The translations under genes were made by a program, and so were the position numbers. From IMG/VR virus record IMGVR_UViG_3300042567_001420: 64,000 nucleotides of DNA. The stretch is one strand, 5' to 3'. Positions 55,201 to 64,000 of this stretch are shown in pieces. Each line of letters starts with the position of its first letter. Position 1 is the stretch's first letter. The stretch comes from a virus. Lineage: Duplodnaviria > Caudoviricetes. The notes below the pieces were generated by a model that saw nothing but the letters and a program-made list of their open reading frames with translations, did no database searches and was not told the origin of the DNA.

Positions 55201-57046
55201 TTGTACTAATTAGGTTAGCACCTGTAAACGAACCGCCTGTTCCTGAACCAGTAATAATTGTGTTAGCAATTACATTACCAGCACTAATGTTACCTGTATA
55301 TGCAGATAACAGTGCAATAACATTAGCATATACTCTTGCGTTTGTATAATATAAATTGCCTGCAACTTCTGTTACGTTTGCAGTAGATAAATTGTTAACA
55401 GTTGTTTCAATTGTTGCTGTTACATTTGCCGTTGCACGAATCGTACCTGTAGCCGGGTCATAGATAATTGTAGAGTCGCCAGCGCTTAATGCCGCTCTTG
55501 CAAGAGCATTACTAAAATACTTGTTAGTGCCTTCGGTTAAATTACTTGTGGTGAAGTTGCTTAATGTTGATACTGTACCTTGTACATTACCAAATAATGT
55601 GGTAGCCGATAAATTTGCCAATCTAAATGACGCGTGCGCAGTATTGATAAAGATGTTTGCATCGGGTGCAGGATCGTAGTTATCAAATACTTTAAATGTT
55701 CCGTCGGTTGCATCTCTAAAGAAACCGGCATTATGATATACGCCATCGTTATAGTTAAATGCAATACCTAGATCCGGATTTGCAGATGGTGAACCATTGT
55801 TCAAATAAATCATATTGTCCGATATGGACAAATTATTTGAGCTGTGAGTTGTTACATTACCGTAAAAATTTACAGGCCCGGTAACATTTAATCCACCAAA
55901 TGTAACATTTGAAGATGTGGATACATTTTGACCAATTGAAATACCGCCGGTTGTGTTATCATATGATACGCCAGTATCGCCAGATAATGCAGATCTTACA
56001 CGAGAATTTGTATAATAAAGATTGTTTAGTTCTGTAACATTGGCAGTTGTAATATTTGCTGTTAAAGGACCGTTAATAACAACGCCATCACTACCGCTTA
56101 AAGTAACAATGCCGATCGCAGATACTGTTACGTTGCCAGTAGATGATATTAATCCTGAGCCTGGACCGGTTGATACAAAATTATTTGCAATTACATTGCC
56201 GCTAACATTCAAATTACCAACAACACTATTAACAGCTACCGCTAATAAATTAGCAGAAATTCTACCATTTGCAGCAATAATAATATTATCGCCGGCTAAT
56301 GTGGGTAACAACGCAATAACATTAGATGCTACTCTTGCATTGGTATAATATAAATTGTTTAATTCTACAACATTTGCAGTAGTAAGGTCCGTAACATTTG
56401 CTTTAAGATTTAATAGCGGAGTAACATTAGATACTACTCTTGCATTGGTGTAATATAAATTGTTTAATTCTACAACATTTGCGGTTGTTAAATCTGTAAC
56501 ATTTGCTTTAAGATTTAATAGCGGAGTAACATTCGCCAATACTCTTGCATTGGTAAAGTATAAATTTGTACCTTCTGCTAAATCAGCAGTTGTAAAATTA
56601 CTTAATGTTAAAACAGTATTTGCAACATTAGCAGTTAATGCAATATTTGCAAAATTAGCATTTGCAGCAAAAAATGCAGTATTAGCAACAAGCGAACTTT
56701 GAACTATTCCCAATATGGTATTGGCTACATTCGATAATTCGGTGGACGAAACAGTAATTATATTAGGAACCCAATTTGTTCCGTCCCATATTAAACCATA
56801 TCCAAGACCAGGGGCAAGCGTTACAGTATCTACATCTGCTAACGCATTAATACTTATTGCTGATAAATTTGCCGTAGGTAAAATCCAAGCTCGGTTACCA
56901 TCTACATTCGCAGTTAATACATAACCATTGGCAGCAGGCAAGCCTAAGTCTGGTTCAGTTTCCTCTAGACGTATAAATTCATAACGACTAGCGCTTACAT
57001 TGGCGCTAGGTGTCTTTTTTACTCTACCCGATATTAGTTTAGTCAT
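52298..57046 (-). CDS. Giant Asn/Thr-rich tail fiber (1582 aa)
   Basis: NLYYTNARV repeats, RDATDG knob, C-terminal V.IDGLVQ.P..DY beta domain, end FNPFLLAGL. Confidence 0.85.
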   Translation of the reverse strand: MTKLISGRVKKTPSANVSASRYEFIRLEETEPDLGLPAANGYVLTANVDGNRAWILPTANLSAISINALADVDTVTLAPGLGYGLIWDGTNWVPNIITVSSTELSNVANTILGIVQSSLVANTAFFAANANFANIALTANVANTVLTLSNFTTADLAEGTNLYFTNARVLANVTPLLNLKANVTDLTTANVVELNNLYYTNARVVSNVTPLLNLKANVTDLTTANVVELNNLYYTNARVASNVIALLPTLAGDNIIIAANGRISANLLAVAVNSVVGNLNVSGNVIANNFVSTGPGSGLISSTGNVTVSAIGIVTLSGSDGVVINGPLTANITTANVTELNNLYYTNSRVRSALSGDTGVSYDNTTGGISIGQNVSTSSNVTFGGLNVTGPVNFYGNVTTHSSNNLSISDNMIYLNNGSPSANPDLGIAFNYNDGVYHNAGFFRDATDGTFKVFDNYDPAPDANIFINTAHASFRLANLSATTLFGNVQGTVSTLSNFTTSNLTEGTNKYFSNALARAALSAGDSTIIYDPATGTIRATANVTATIETTVNNLSTANVTEVAGNLYYTNARVYANVIALLSAYTGNISAGNVIANTIITGSGTGGSFTGANLISTNNISSVNWLGLYTANVIETSGNLYFTNARVVSALSAGSGIAISGNGQISSTTTVNASSVVGLNTANVSESNSNLYYTNARVLSNVTAYLEANPQVGTFGTANVSAFLTTYTGNISAGNVIANSFISTAPGTGTLNATGDFNIVSGGNIRLTGNVFANTFISTATGSGSIASTSDFNINAAGNVNITASNINLNSNNIVTTGNVTAGRISSTTWHNLYTANVIETSGNLYFTNARVVSALSAGSGISLSANGQISSTATVNASSVTGLNTANVNEFGGNLYYSNARVLSNVTAYLAANPVISTYGNANVGAFLTTYTGNISAGNVIANAIISGTGLGGSITGANLISANNISASVITANTIIGGGSGGSVTGANLISTNNISSVNWIGLYTANVIETSGNLYFTNARVQSNVIGFLPSLAGDNITIAANGRISATASATVNVLSIVGLTTANVSESNSNLYYTNARVLSNVTAYLAANPQGGTFGNANVGAFLTTYTGNINAGNINANAIIAGQGLGGSITGANLISANNISASVIFANTIVGGGTGGSITEANLISTNTITAVNWVGLYTANVIETSGNLYFTNARVVSALSAGSGISISGNGQISSTTTLNASSVTGLNTANVNEFGGNLYYSNARVVSNVIAYLAANPVISTYGNANVGAFLTTYTGNINAGNVIANSFIAAATGTGTLTATGDFNIVSGGNIILTGNVYSNTFISTATGTGSITSTSNFNINAASNVSITAANINLNSSNIVATGNVTATKFFGDGSSLTGVGASSFTGNTNGITEGTNNLYYTNTRVYSNVIALLPTLAGNNITIEANGRISANVSATVFATAIVGLTTANVAEVGSNLYFTNARVVSALTAGEGITLAANGLISGGVHAITDSQTFAGGNANITLGTSVSLARRIIVTIDGLVQIPTTDYTVSGTILTLIPTPSPNSTIEVKFFGNEAITTQTFNPFLLAGL

Positions 57047-57374
57047 TTGCTGTTTCTAATAAACTCATAACTAATTTTAGTGCGGTGTTTGCACTGGCAA
57101 AAGCTACCACCTTTTGTCCCGTCTCTAATACAAGCTTACCTGTTAAAACACTTGCAGAATCCTTTGTGGGAATCTCAAAATCTTTGGCCAATTCAATTTG
57201 TTGATTTGTTGCCGTACTATGTAATAGAGTAGTTGATACCGTATTATTACTCACATTAGTTACTTGCAAAGATAAGATAATAGATGTTTTTAACGCAGGT
57301 GCGGTATAAATTACATTAGATTGTGTTGTAAGATTTGATGTTATTGTTTTAAATACGTTTAATGCTGTTGCCAT
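57039..57374 (-). CDS. Small fiber-associated protein (~110-aa paralog family)
   Basis: VIYTAP...SIILSLQVTN, KLVLETG, KLVMSLLET; follows the 848-aa protein. Confidence 0.72.
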   Translation of the reverse strand: MATALNVFKTITSNLTTQSNVIYTAPALKTSIILSLQVTNVSNNTVSTTLLHSTATNQQIELAKDFEIPTKDSASVLTGKLVLETGQKVVAFASANTALKLVMSLLETAND

Positions 57375-57377
57375 TTA

Positions 57378-59924
57378 TTATCCTTCGATTGCTAGTATAT
57401 ACGGTGTCATAACTGCAAACAATGCCTTATTGAATGTTCTACCTGTAATTGTGCCGTCAACTCTATTTATAACCAATCCTGTACCAATTCTAAAATCGCC
57501 AAGCTGGTCGGTACTAGTAAAGTATACTTTTCCTCCGCGCAATTCGGTAACTTCATTTTCCTGTATTGGTACGCCACCTAAAGACGGTAAAGCGGTTGCA
57601 ATACTATTGCCTGCGCCAACATATTCAAATGTGTGTCCGCTTGATGAAATATAACTTCCTTGGTGGAATGAAACTCTTGAATTAGCTAATAAAGACTCAT
57701 TAACTACCTCTAGGAATGTAACTGTACTTGTGTTACCAACTAATTCAGTTGCACCTCTAACGGTATAGAATGTGCCAGATCCATTACTAATATTTGCCCA
57801 ATTTTGATTTACAAATTCCAATACTTCAGCTTTAATAAAATCTCTGTTTGCTAATACTAATTTTGTAGCATTAATTACATTAGTATTTGAACTCGGTGTA
57901 AAGGTAATTGGTACTTTTGTCGGCGCAACATTTGGACCGTTAGTAACAATATTTGCAATCAACCTTACATCTGTTAACAGTATATTTGCTTCTGTACTAG
58001 TTGCAAATGATGCAGCTGTTGTATTTTGTGTTACTGCATTTTGATAAACATTGGCAATTACGTTGCCGGTTACAATTTTTTCAACAAGGTTGCCAATAAA
58101 ATAATAAGCAGCGCCTGTTTGAACAACCTGATTATTAATTTGCGTGTCTGTAGCATCATATTGGTAATAAAAAGTACCAGAATTAACTGATTGTCTATTT
58201 CCACCGTGTCTTAAATCAAAGGTGACACTTTCTAAAATATATCCAACATCTCTAGAACATTTTGTTGTTGCATTTGCACTATCAAGGAATGCAGTGTTTG
58301 CCCAGAAACCTGGGTATGTTGTATCAATGTAACCAATAACTTCTGCGGCAATAAATGATTTATTAGCAATAACTAAATTTGCAGCATTGCTAACATTTAC
58401 GTTTGTATTTGCAGGATACTGATTAGGCACAATAATATCGGTTACACCTACTGTGCCGTTTTGAATTATATTTGTAACAACATTAAAATTATCTTGTAAT
58501 CTTGCAGATTCTACTGCAGTGCCGCCTGTTCCATTTGAAGGTGATACGTTTGCCTGATATACTTGACTAACAGTTGTACCTTGTGCAAATTGAACTGCAA
58601 TTTGCGCTGCAACATTAATTGCATTAATTGTTTCAATAGATTGATTAGGTATCGCCGATGTAGGTTGTGCCCAATACTGAAGACCAGCAAATGTTGCTTG
58701 TGTATTGCTACCATATGCCAAATCAAATGCCAAAGAGTCAACGATTAGACCAGTATCTCTTGAACACTTTTCTTGATTATAACTTGCAAATAAAGCAGAA
58801 TCGCCATAATTTGGTTTAATAGGCAAGTTATAAATTACAACTTCGTTTGTTGCTTCTGTTATAGCATTTGCAACTTTGCCATAATACAATGGTTCGCTAA
58901 CGCCGTCAGCCCATAAACCGTATGTGCCAAATGATGCATTAGAGTTTGTAACAGAACAGAATCCGCCATTTTCACATTTAATAGCAATATTACAACAAAT
59001 TGTAAACACAGATACCAACTGAGTGTATCCTTTGTTTAACATATGGATACCTATACCGCCTTCATTCGTTTGGGTATAAGCATCGCACACCATTGATCTT
59101 AATCCAGAAACATAACGACCATCTACACGCATACCTGTACCGGTAGTTGTAATAGAAGAACAATTCTGTATATATGGACTGGTTACAATAGTACCAGCAG
59201 ATCCATTTGGATTATATGAGAATGCGGCCGCAGGCGATACGTGGTCTCTGAATGTAATACCTGTTACATAAGAAGCATTCTCAACATAGAACATATCAAC
59301 CGATGGTTGCGTTGGTCTAATTGTAGTTGTTCTTAGATTATCCCCTACTAATGCAACACGTCTAGGTATTGTTACTGGTTGATTGTGTAGTCTGTAATCT
59401 CCGCTTCTTAAGAATACGGTTGTCCACTCTGTGGCCGCAGCCAATGCCACGTGGATATTGGCAAATGCGTTACCCGTTGTTTTGCCATCATTTGCATCGT
59501 TACCATTTTGTGCAACGTATAATACGTTAGAATTAAATCTTGAAACTAATGCTCTTAATTCCGCAACAGTTGGTTGAATTGCGGCCTCAACTCTTGCATT
59601 TGTGTAATATAAATTACTTGCAGATTCTTGCACATTAGCAGTTGTTAAATCTGTAACATTTGCTTTTGCGTTTAATAAACTAATTACATTAGCATAAACT
59701 TTTGCATTTGTAAAATATTGATTAGTGCCTTCTGCAAGATTTGATGTTGTTTGATTTGATAAACTGCTTACAGTACCAGTTACATTACCAACAAGTGAAC
59801 CATTGACAGTTAAATTGCCAAAGATACCATTATAGGTTACATTTATATTGTTTGCGGTCAGGTAATCTACGCCATAGACGTTACCTGAAACTCTTAACCC
59901 TGATTTTACTCTAAAATCTTGCAT
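57378..59924 (-). CDS. Virion protein with probable right-handed beta-helix (pectin lyase-like)
   Basis: DFRVKSGL start; VLYVAQNGNDANDG...AFANI..AL, GDNLRTT.IRP, SPYIQNCSS motifs. Confidence 0.7.
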   Translation of the reverse strand: MQDFRVKSGLRVSGNVYGVDYLTANNINVTYNGIFGNLTVNGSLVGNVTGTVSSLSNQTTSNLAEGTNQYFTNAKVYANVISLLNAKANVTDLTTANVQESASNLYYTNARVEAAIQPTVAELRALVSRFNSNVLYVAQNGNDANDGKTTGNAFANIHVALAAATEWTTVFLRSGDYRLHNQPVTIPRRVALVGDNLRTTTIRPTQPSVDMFYVENASYVTGITFRDHVSPAAAFSYNPNGSAGTIVTSPYIQNCSSITTTGTGMRVDGRYVSGLRSMVCDAYTQTNEGGIGIHMLNKGYTQLVSVFTICCNIAIKCENGGFCSVTNSNASFGTYGLWADGVSEPLYYGKVANAITEATNEVVIYNLPIKPNYGDSALFASYNQEKCSRDTGLIVDSLAFDLAYGSNTQATFAGLQYWAQPTSAIPNQSIETINAINVAAQIAVQFAQGTTVSQVYQANVSPSNGTGGTAVESARLQDNFNVVTNIIQNGTVGVTDIIVPNQYPANTNVNVSNAANLVIANKSFIAAEVIGYIDTTYPGFWANTAFLDSANATTKCSRDVGYILESVTFDLRHGGNRQSVNSGTFYYQYDATDTQINNQVVQTGAAYYFIGNLVEKIVTGNVIANVYQNAVTQNTTAASFATSTEANILLTDVRLIANIVTNGPNVAPTKVPITFTPSSNTNVINATKLVLANRDFIKAEVLEFVNQNWANISNGSGTFYTVRGATELVGNTSTVTFLEVVNESLLANSRVSFHQGSYISSSGHTFEYVGAGNSIATALPSLGGVPIQENEVTELRGGKVYFTSTDQLGDFRIGTGLVINRVDGTITGRTFNKALFAVMTPYILAIEG

Positions 59925-59953
59925 TACTAATCCTGTTGTATGCCATTATTTTT

Positions 59954-62900
59954 TTATTTTTCGGTATATGTAGCGCCTGTCAATTTTACCGTAACTTGTA
60001 TTGCTGGATCTGAAACATTACCATAAATTATAACATTACCAGTATTTATGTCTACCTGGAATGATAATAGATCTAAATTATTATCATTTGACAACATGGC
60101 ATATTGAGTTATAAAACTACTAGTATCATCATGCATTACTAACAATTCACCTGAATTATATTTACCGGTGTATCCCGCACTTGTACCTTTTGCAGTATAC
60201 ACGTATTTTGCAGTTGAATATGTAGAAGTACTAAATCTTGTTATCTCTACATTTCCAGTTGTTGTAATATTTGCAACTATTGCGTTGGATTGCCCAGCAT
60301 TAGCTTTAATGAATTTTGTTCCATCCCATACCAATGTATCATTTGGTTGTATATTTGAAATATCAACATCTGCAAACACATTAATGCTCATTTGTGCTAC
60401 ATTGGATAGTACGCGAGCATTAGAATAATAAAGATTATTTAATTCTACAACATTAGCAGTAGTTAAATCTACTACGTTAGCTTTTAATGCTAAATTCGGT
60501 GCTATTTGTGCGTTAACTCTTGCATTAGTATAGTAAAGATTGTTTAATTCTACAACATTTGCAGTGGTTAAATCTGTAACATTAGCTTTTAATCTTAAAT
60601 TGGATTCAACTTGCGCATTAACTCTTGCATTTGTGTAGTAAAGATAATGAGGTCTTTCAATTATAGTAATTGTACCTACCATTGAACCGTGGAATTGGCA
60701 TATGTAATAATATGTTCCAGGAGCAATACCTGCAGTATCCCAGACTACCGTACCGATTTGCGCGCCATTATTAGTTACACCGGTAGTTACTGCGGATCCT
60801 GTGCCAGTTGTTGCAACAGTCTTTATCCAAAACGGATGCCCTGATGCATTAACATTAAATGTTAAAACAGTCCCAGCTTCAGCTGTAATAGCTATATTAT
60901 TTCCAGAACTGTACCCCGTAAACACATAGGCGCTGGAACCCGAAGCAGTTACACCATATGTTCTGTCTGTTAAAGTAGAAAGACTTTCTATAACATTAGC
61001 AGTTGTTAAATCTGTAACATTAGCTTTTAACACTAAATTAGGTGCTACTTGTGCATTTACTCTTGCATTAGTGTAATATAGATTAGTACCTTCTGCTAAA
61101 TTGCTTGTAGTGAAGTTACTAATTGATAACACAGTATTTGCTACATTAGCAGTACCGGCAACATTAGCTGTACCAGCAACATTTGCAAAATTAGCAACTA
61201 ATGCAACATTAGCGGTTTCGGCAACATTTGCAAAATTAGCGCTGGTTGCTGGTGGAGTTGCCCCCGCAACAAAAGATGTTCCATTCCAAATTAATATACC
61301 AGTGTTTGTAATGCCTGTTATATCAACATCCGCAAACACATTAATGCTCATCTGTGCTACATTGGATAGTACGCGAGCATTAGAATAATATAATGCAGAT
61401 TGTGATTCAATTACATTTGCGCTGTATAACCCTTGCCAATTTGTAGCAGAAATATTATTTGCACTAATTAAATTAGCACCGATAATAGAACCACCTGTAC
61501 CTGAACCAATTGTTACGTTGCCCGCACCAACATTACCAGTATAGCTTGGCAACGATGATATTACATTGGAATAAACTCTTGCATTGGTATAATATAAGTT
61601 GTTACCTTCAACAAGATTACTGGTTGTAAAATTGCTAATTGATAATACTGTATTTGCTACATTAGCAGTTCCTGAAACATTTGCAAAATTAGCAACCAAT
61701 GCTATATTAGATATAGCAGCAACTAATGCTACATTAGCAGTTTCTGAAACATTTGCAAAATTCGCGCTGGTTGCTGGTGGAGTTGCCCCCGCAACAAAAG
61801 CTGTCCCATTCCAAATTAATATGCCAGTGTTTGCAATGCCAGAAATATCAACATCTGCAAATACGTTAATGCTCATTTGCGCTACGTTAGATAATACGCG
61901 AGCATTTGAATAATATAAATTATTGCCTTCTGTTAAATTAGAAGTTGTAAAATTACTTAATGTTAAAACAGTATTTGCAACATTAGCGGTTTCAGCAACA
62001 TTTGCAAAATTAGTTACCAATGCAACATTAGCGGTTCCAGCAACATTTGCAAAATTAGCTTCAGTTGCTGTCGAAGGGGCCCCTGCAACAAAAGATGTTC
62101 CATTCCAAATTAATATGCCATTGTTTCCAATGCCAGAAATATCAACATCTGCAAAAACATTAATACTCATCTGTGCTACATTAGATATAACACGCGCATT
62201 AGTATAATATAAGTTATTTAATTCTACAACATTTGCAGTAGTTAAATCTACTACATTGGCTTTTAAAGCTAAATTAGATTCTACTTGAGCATTAACTCTG
62301 GCATTGGTGTAATATAAATTGTTTAGCTCTACTACATTTGCAGTAGTTAACTTTGGATCAACATGCGAGTCAACTCTTGCATTTGTATAATATAATTGAG
62401 TTCCTTCTACTAAATTAGTAGTACTAAAATTACTAATTGTAGATACAAATCCAGTTACATTACCAACAACATTACCTTCATATGTGGTGGCTACAACATT
62501 TGCTAAACGGAATCCAGCATTTGTAGTATCAACAGTGGCTGCGTTAGGATCGCCCGGAAGGTTATCAAAGAACTTAAATTTCTTATCAGTTGCGTCTCTA
62601 AATATTCCCGCAAGTTTTTGGGTACCATCGTTATAATGTCCAATTAATCCCAGATCAATAGAATCTGAAGGATTGCCGTAACCCAATTGAATTAATGGAT
62701 CAGTTATAATTAATGTATTTGCATAAAATCCAACTACATTTCCAACAACATTTAAGTTGCCGGTCAACGTCATATTATTGAATGTTACGTTAGATATTGT
62801 ATCTACATTTTGGCCGATGCTTATAACGCCGGTTGTATTATCGTAATAAACACCAGTCCCATTTGATAATGTTGATCTTACACGGGCATTGGTATAATAT

Positions 62901-64000
62901 AGGTTGCCATTAGTCTCAAGTACATTAGCCGTATAGAGGTTATTCCATATATTCGACGTAATCGATTTTGTAGTAACATTTGAGTTTGATGCAAGAGCTT
63001 GAACTGATAATGCGCCACCTGCACCAGATGTAATCCTTGTAGAACCAAGTGTTATTGAGAACCCAGATAGATATAGATCTTTCCATTTTTTATCTGGCGC
63101 GCCTAAATCATGCGCTTCATCTGTATCAGGAACAAGATTTGTATTAATAGATGCAAATCTGTCAGTAACATTTGCAAAAACTCTTGTGTTCGTGTAGTAT
63201 AAATTGTTTAATTCTGCAACATTGGCAGTAGTTAAATCAACTACATTAGCTTTTAATCTTAAATTAGGTTCAACTTGAGCGTTGACTCTTGCATTCGTGT
63301 AGTATAAATTATTTAATTCTACAACATTTGCAGTAGTTAACTTTGGATCAACATGCGAGTCAACTCTTGCATTCGTGTAGTATAAATTATTTAATTCTAC
63401 AACATTTGCAGTAGTTAACTTTGGATTAACATAAGATTCAACTCTTACATTGGTATAATATAGGTTGGTTAGTTCAACAATATTTGCAGTAGTTAAATCA
63501 ACTACATTGGCTTTTAAAGCTAAATTAGATTCAACTTGAGCATTGACTCTGGCATTGGTATAATATAAGTTTGATCCTTCAGCAAGATTACTTGTTGTAA
63601 AATTACTAATTGATAATACTGTATTTGCTACAGTCGCTGTATTAGCATTTGATGCTGAAACAGAAGTTGGAATCCAAGCTGTCCCATTCCAACCCAATGC
63701 TTGTCCTGCAGATGGAGGAGTTGTTAATGTATCAACATCTGCAAGAACATTAATACTAGCAAGTGTTAAATTAGAAAATACTCTGGCATTGGTATAGTAA
63801 AGATATTGAGGTCTCTCAACTACAGTTATTGTACCTACCATTGAACCATGGATTTGACATATGTAATAATATGTTCCAGGAGCAATACCTGCAGTATCCC
63901 AGACTACCGTACCGATTGCAGCACCGTTATTGGTTACACCGGTAGTTACTGCGGATCCTGTGCCAGTTACTGGGGCAGTCTTTATCCAAAACGGGTGACC
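59954..64000 (-). CDS. Giant tail fiber, 5'-truncated by the window edge, with two cupredoxin-like modules
   Basis: The frame stays open from 63841 to 64000 (GHPFWIK...YYYICQIHGSM), so the listed Met is internal; NLYYTNARV repeats. Confidence 0.85.
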   Translation of the reverse strand, partial: GHPFWIKTAPVTGTGSAVTTGVTNNGAAIGTVVWDTAGIAPGTYYYICQIHGSMVGTITVVERPQYLYYTNARVFSNLTLASINVLADVDTLTTPPSAGQALGWNGTAWIPTSVSASNANTATVANTVLSISNFTTSNLAEGSNLYYTNARVNAQVESNLALKANVVDLTTANIVELTNLYYTNVRVESYVNPKLTTANVVELNNLYYTNARVDSHVDPKLTTANVVELNNLYYTNARVNAQVEPNLRLKANVVDLTTANVAELNNLYYTNTRVFANVTDRFASINTNLVPDTDEAHDLGAPDKKWKDLYLSGFSITLGSTRITSGAGGALSVQALASNSNVTTKSITSNIWNNLYTANVLETNGNLYYTNARVRSTLSNGTGVYYDNTTGVISIGQNVDTISNVTFNNMTLTGNLNVVGNVVGFYANTLIITDPLIQLGYGNPSDSIDLGLIGHYNDGTQKLAGIFRDATDKKFKFFDNLPGDPNAATVDTTNAGFRLANVVATTYEGNVVGNVTGFVSTISNFSTTNLVEGTQLYYTNARVDSHVDPKLTTANVVELNNLYYTNARVNAQVESNLALKANVVDLTTANVVELNNLYYTNARVISNVAQMSINVFADVDISGIGNNGILIWNGTSFVAGAPSTATEANFANVAGTANVALVTNFANVAETANVANTVLTLSNFTTSNLTEGNNLYYSNARVLSNVAQMSINVFADVDISGIANTGILIWNGTAFVAGATPPATSANFANVSETANVALVAAISNIALVANFANVSGTANVANTVLSISNFTTSNLVEGNNLYYTNARVYSNVISSLPSYTGNVGAGNVTIGSGTGGSIIGANLISANNISATNWQGLYSANVIESQSALYYSNARVLSNVAQMSINVFADVDITGITNTGILIWNGTSFVAGATPPATSANFANVAETANVALVANFANVAGTANVAGTANVANTVLSISNFTTSNLAEGTNLYYTNARVNAQVAPNLVLKANVTDLTTANVIESLSTLTDRTYGVTASGSSAYVFTGYSSGNNIAITAEAGTVLTFNVNASGHPFWIKTVATTGTGSAVTTGVTNNGAQIGTVVWDTAGIAPGTYYYICQFHGSMVGTITIIERPHYLYYTNARVNAQVESNLRLKANVTDLTTANVVELNNLYYTNARVNAQIAPNLALKANVVDLTTANVVELNNLYYSNARVLSNVAQMSINVFADVDISNIQPNDTLVWDGTKFIKANAGQSNAIVANITTTGNVEITRFSTSTYSTAKYVYTAKGTSAGYTGKYNSGELLVMHDDTSSFITQYAMLSNDNNLDLLSFQVDINTGNVIIYGNVSDPAIQVTVKLTGATYTEK
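63285..63428. repeat. 78-nt tandem repeat (26 aa RVDSHVDPKLTTANVVELNNLYYTNA) in the fiber
   Basis: Identical run starting at 63285 and at 63363; similar unit near 62320-62390. Confidence 0.85.

Noticed and set aside
42717-62207. Many plus-strand ORFs of 60-200 aa opposite the fibers, RCC1 and Gly-rich genes
   Set aside because: They are shadows of repetitive codon usage on the real strand (Pro/Val/Leu/Ala-rich mirror sequences) with no promoters or RBS.
1-64000. Alternative genetic code (stop-codon recoding)
   Set aside because: The standard code gives dense, full-length genes with recognisable C-termini, and TAA, TGA and TAG all serve as stops.

Overview
The window is a 64-kb piece of a large T4-like (myovirus-type) dsDNA phage infecting a Gram-negative host. 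Almost all genes are on the minus strand. No tRNA, rRNA, CRISPR array, integrase, transposase or reverse transcriptase was seen. It has three zones. (1) 1-7.9 kb: an early, variable region of small ORFs and unannotated micro-membrane peptides. It is driven by repeated sigma70-type promoter cassettes, some back-to-back and some predicted to give leaderless mRNAs. (2) 9.9-20 kb: core genes, including a GIY-YIG nuclease, cytidylyltransferase, dCMP deaminase, nrdB, thioredoxin, nrdA, i-/o-spanins, thyX and gp61 primase. (3) 20-64 kb, plus an orphan gene pair at 7.9-9.9 kb: a very large tail/adhesin locus under T4-type late promoters. The most striking feature is a modular repertoire of 12 seven-bladed RCC1/BLIP-II propeller genes and 5 glycine-rich genes. 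Fourteen of these 17 share a short N-terminal 'MAFT(F/I)SG..G' peptide followed by a Pro-rich linker. The propeller blades have a near-constant framework with a few hypervariable positions and show signs of blade-level recombination. These genes are interleaved with giant Asn/Thr-rich fibers; three of the four largest virion genes end in a hydrophobic tip and are each followed by a ~110-125 aa paralog. Inside the array lies an enzyme block: 2OG-Fe(II) oxygenases, two sulfotransferase domains, glycosyltransferases and a methyltransferase. An APS kinase-nucleotidyltransferase fusion follows the array. My working model, which is inference and untested, is a plug-in, recombination-diversified and possibly post-translationally modified receptor-binding library. 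All product calls come from motif recognition by eye; no database searches were run.
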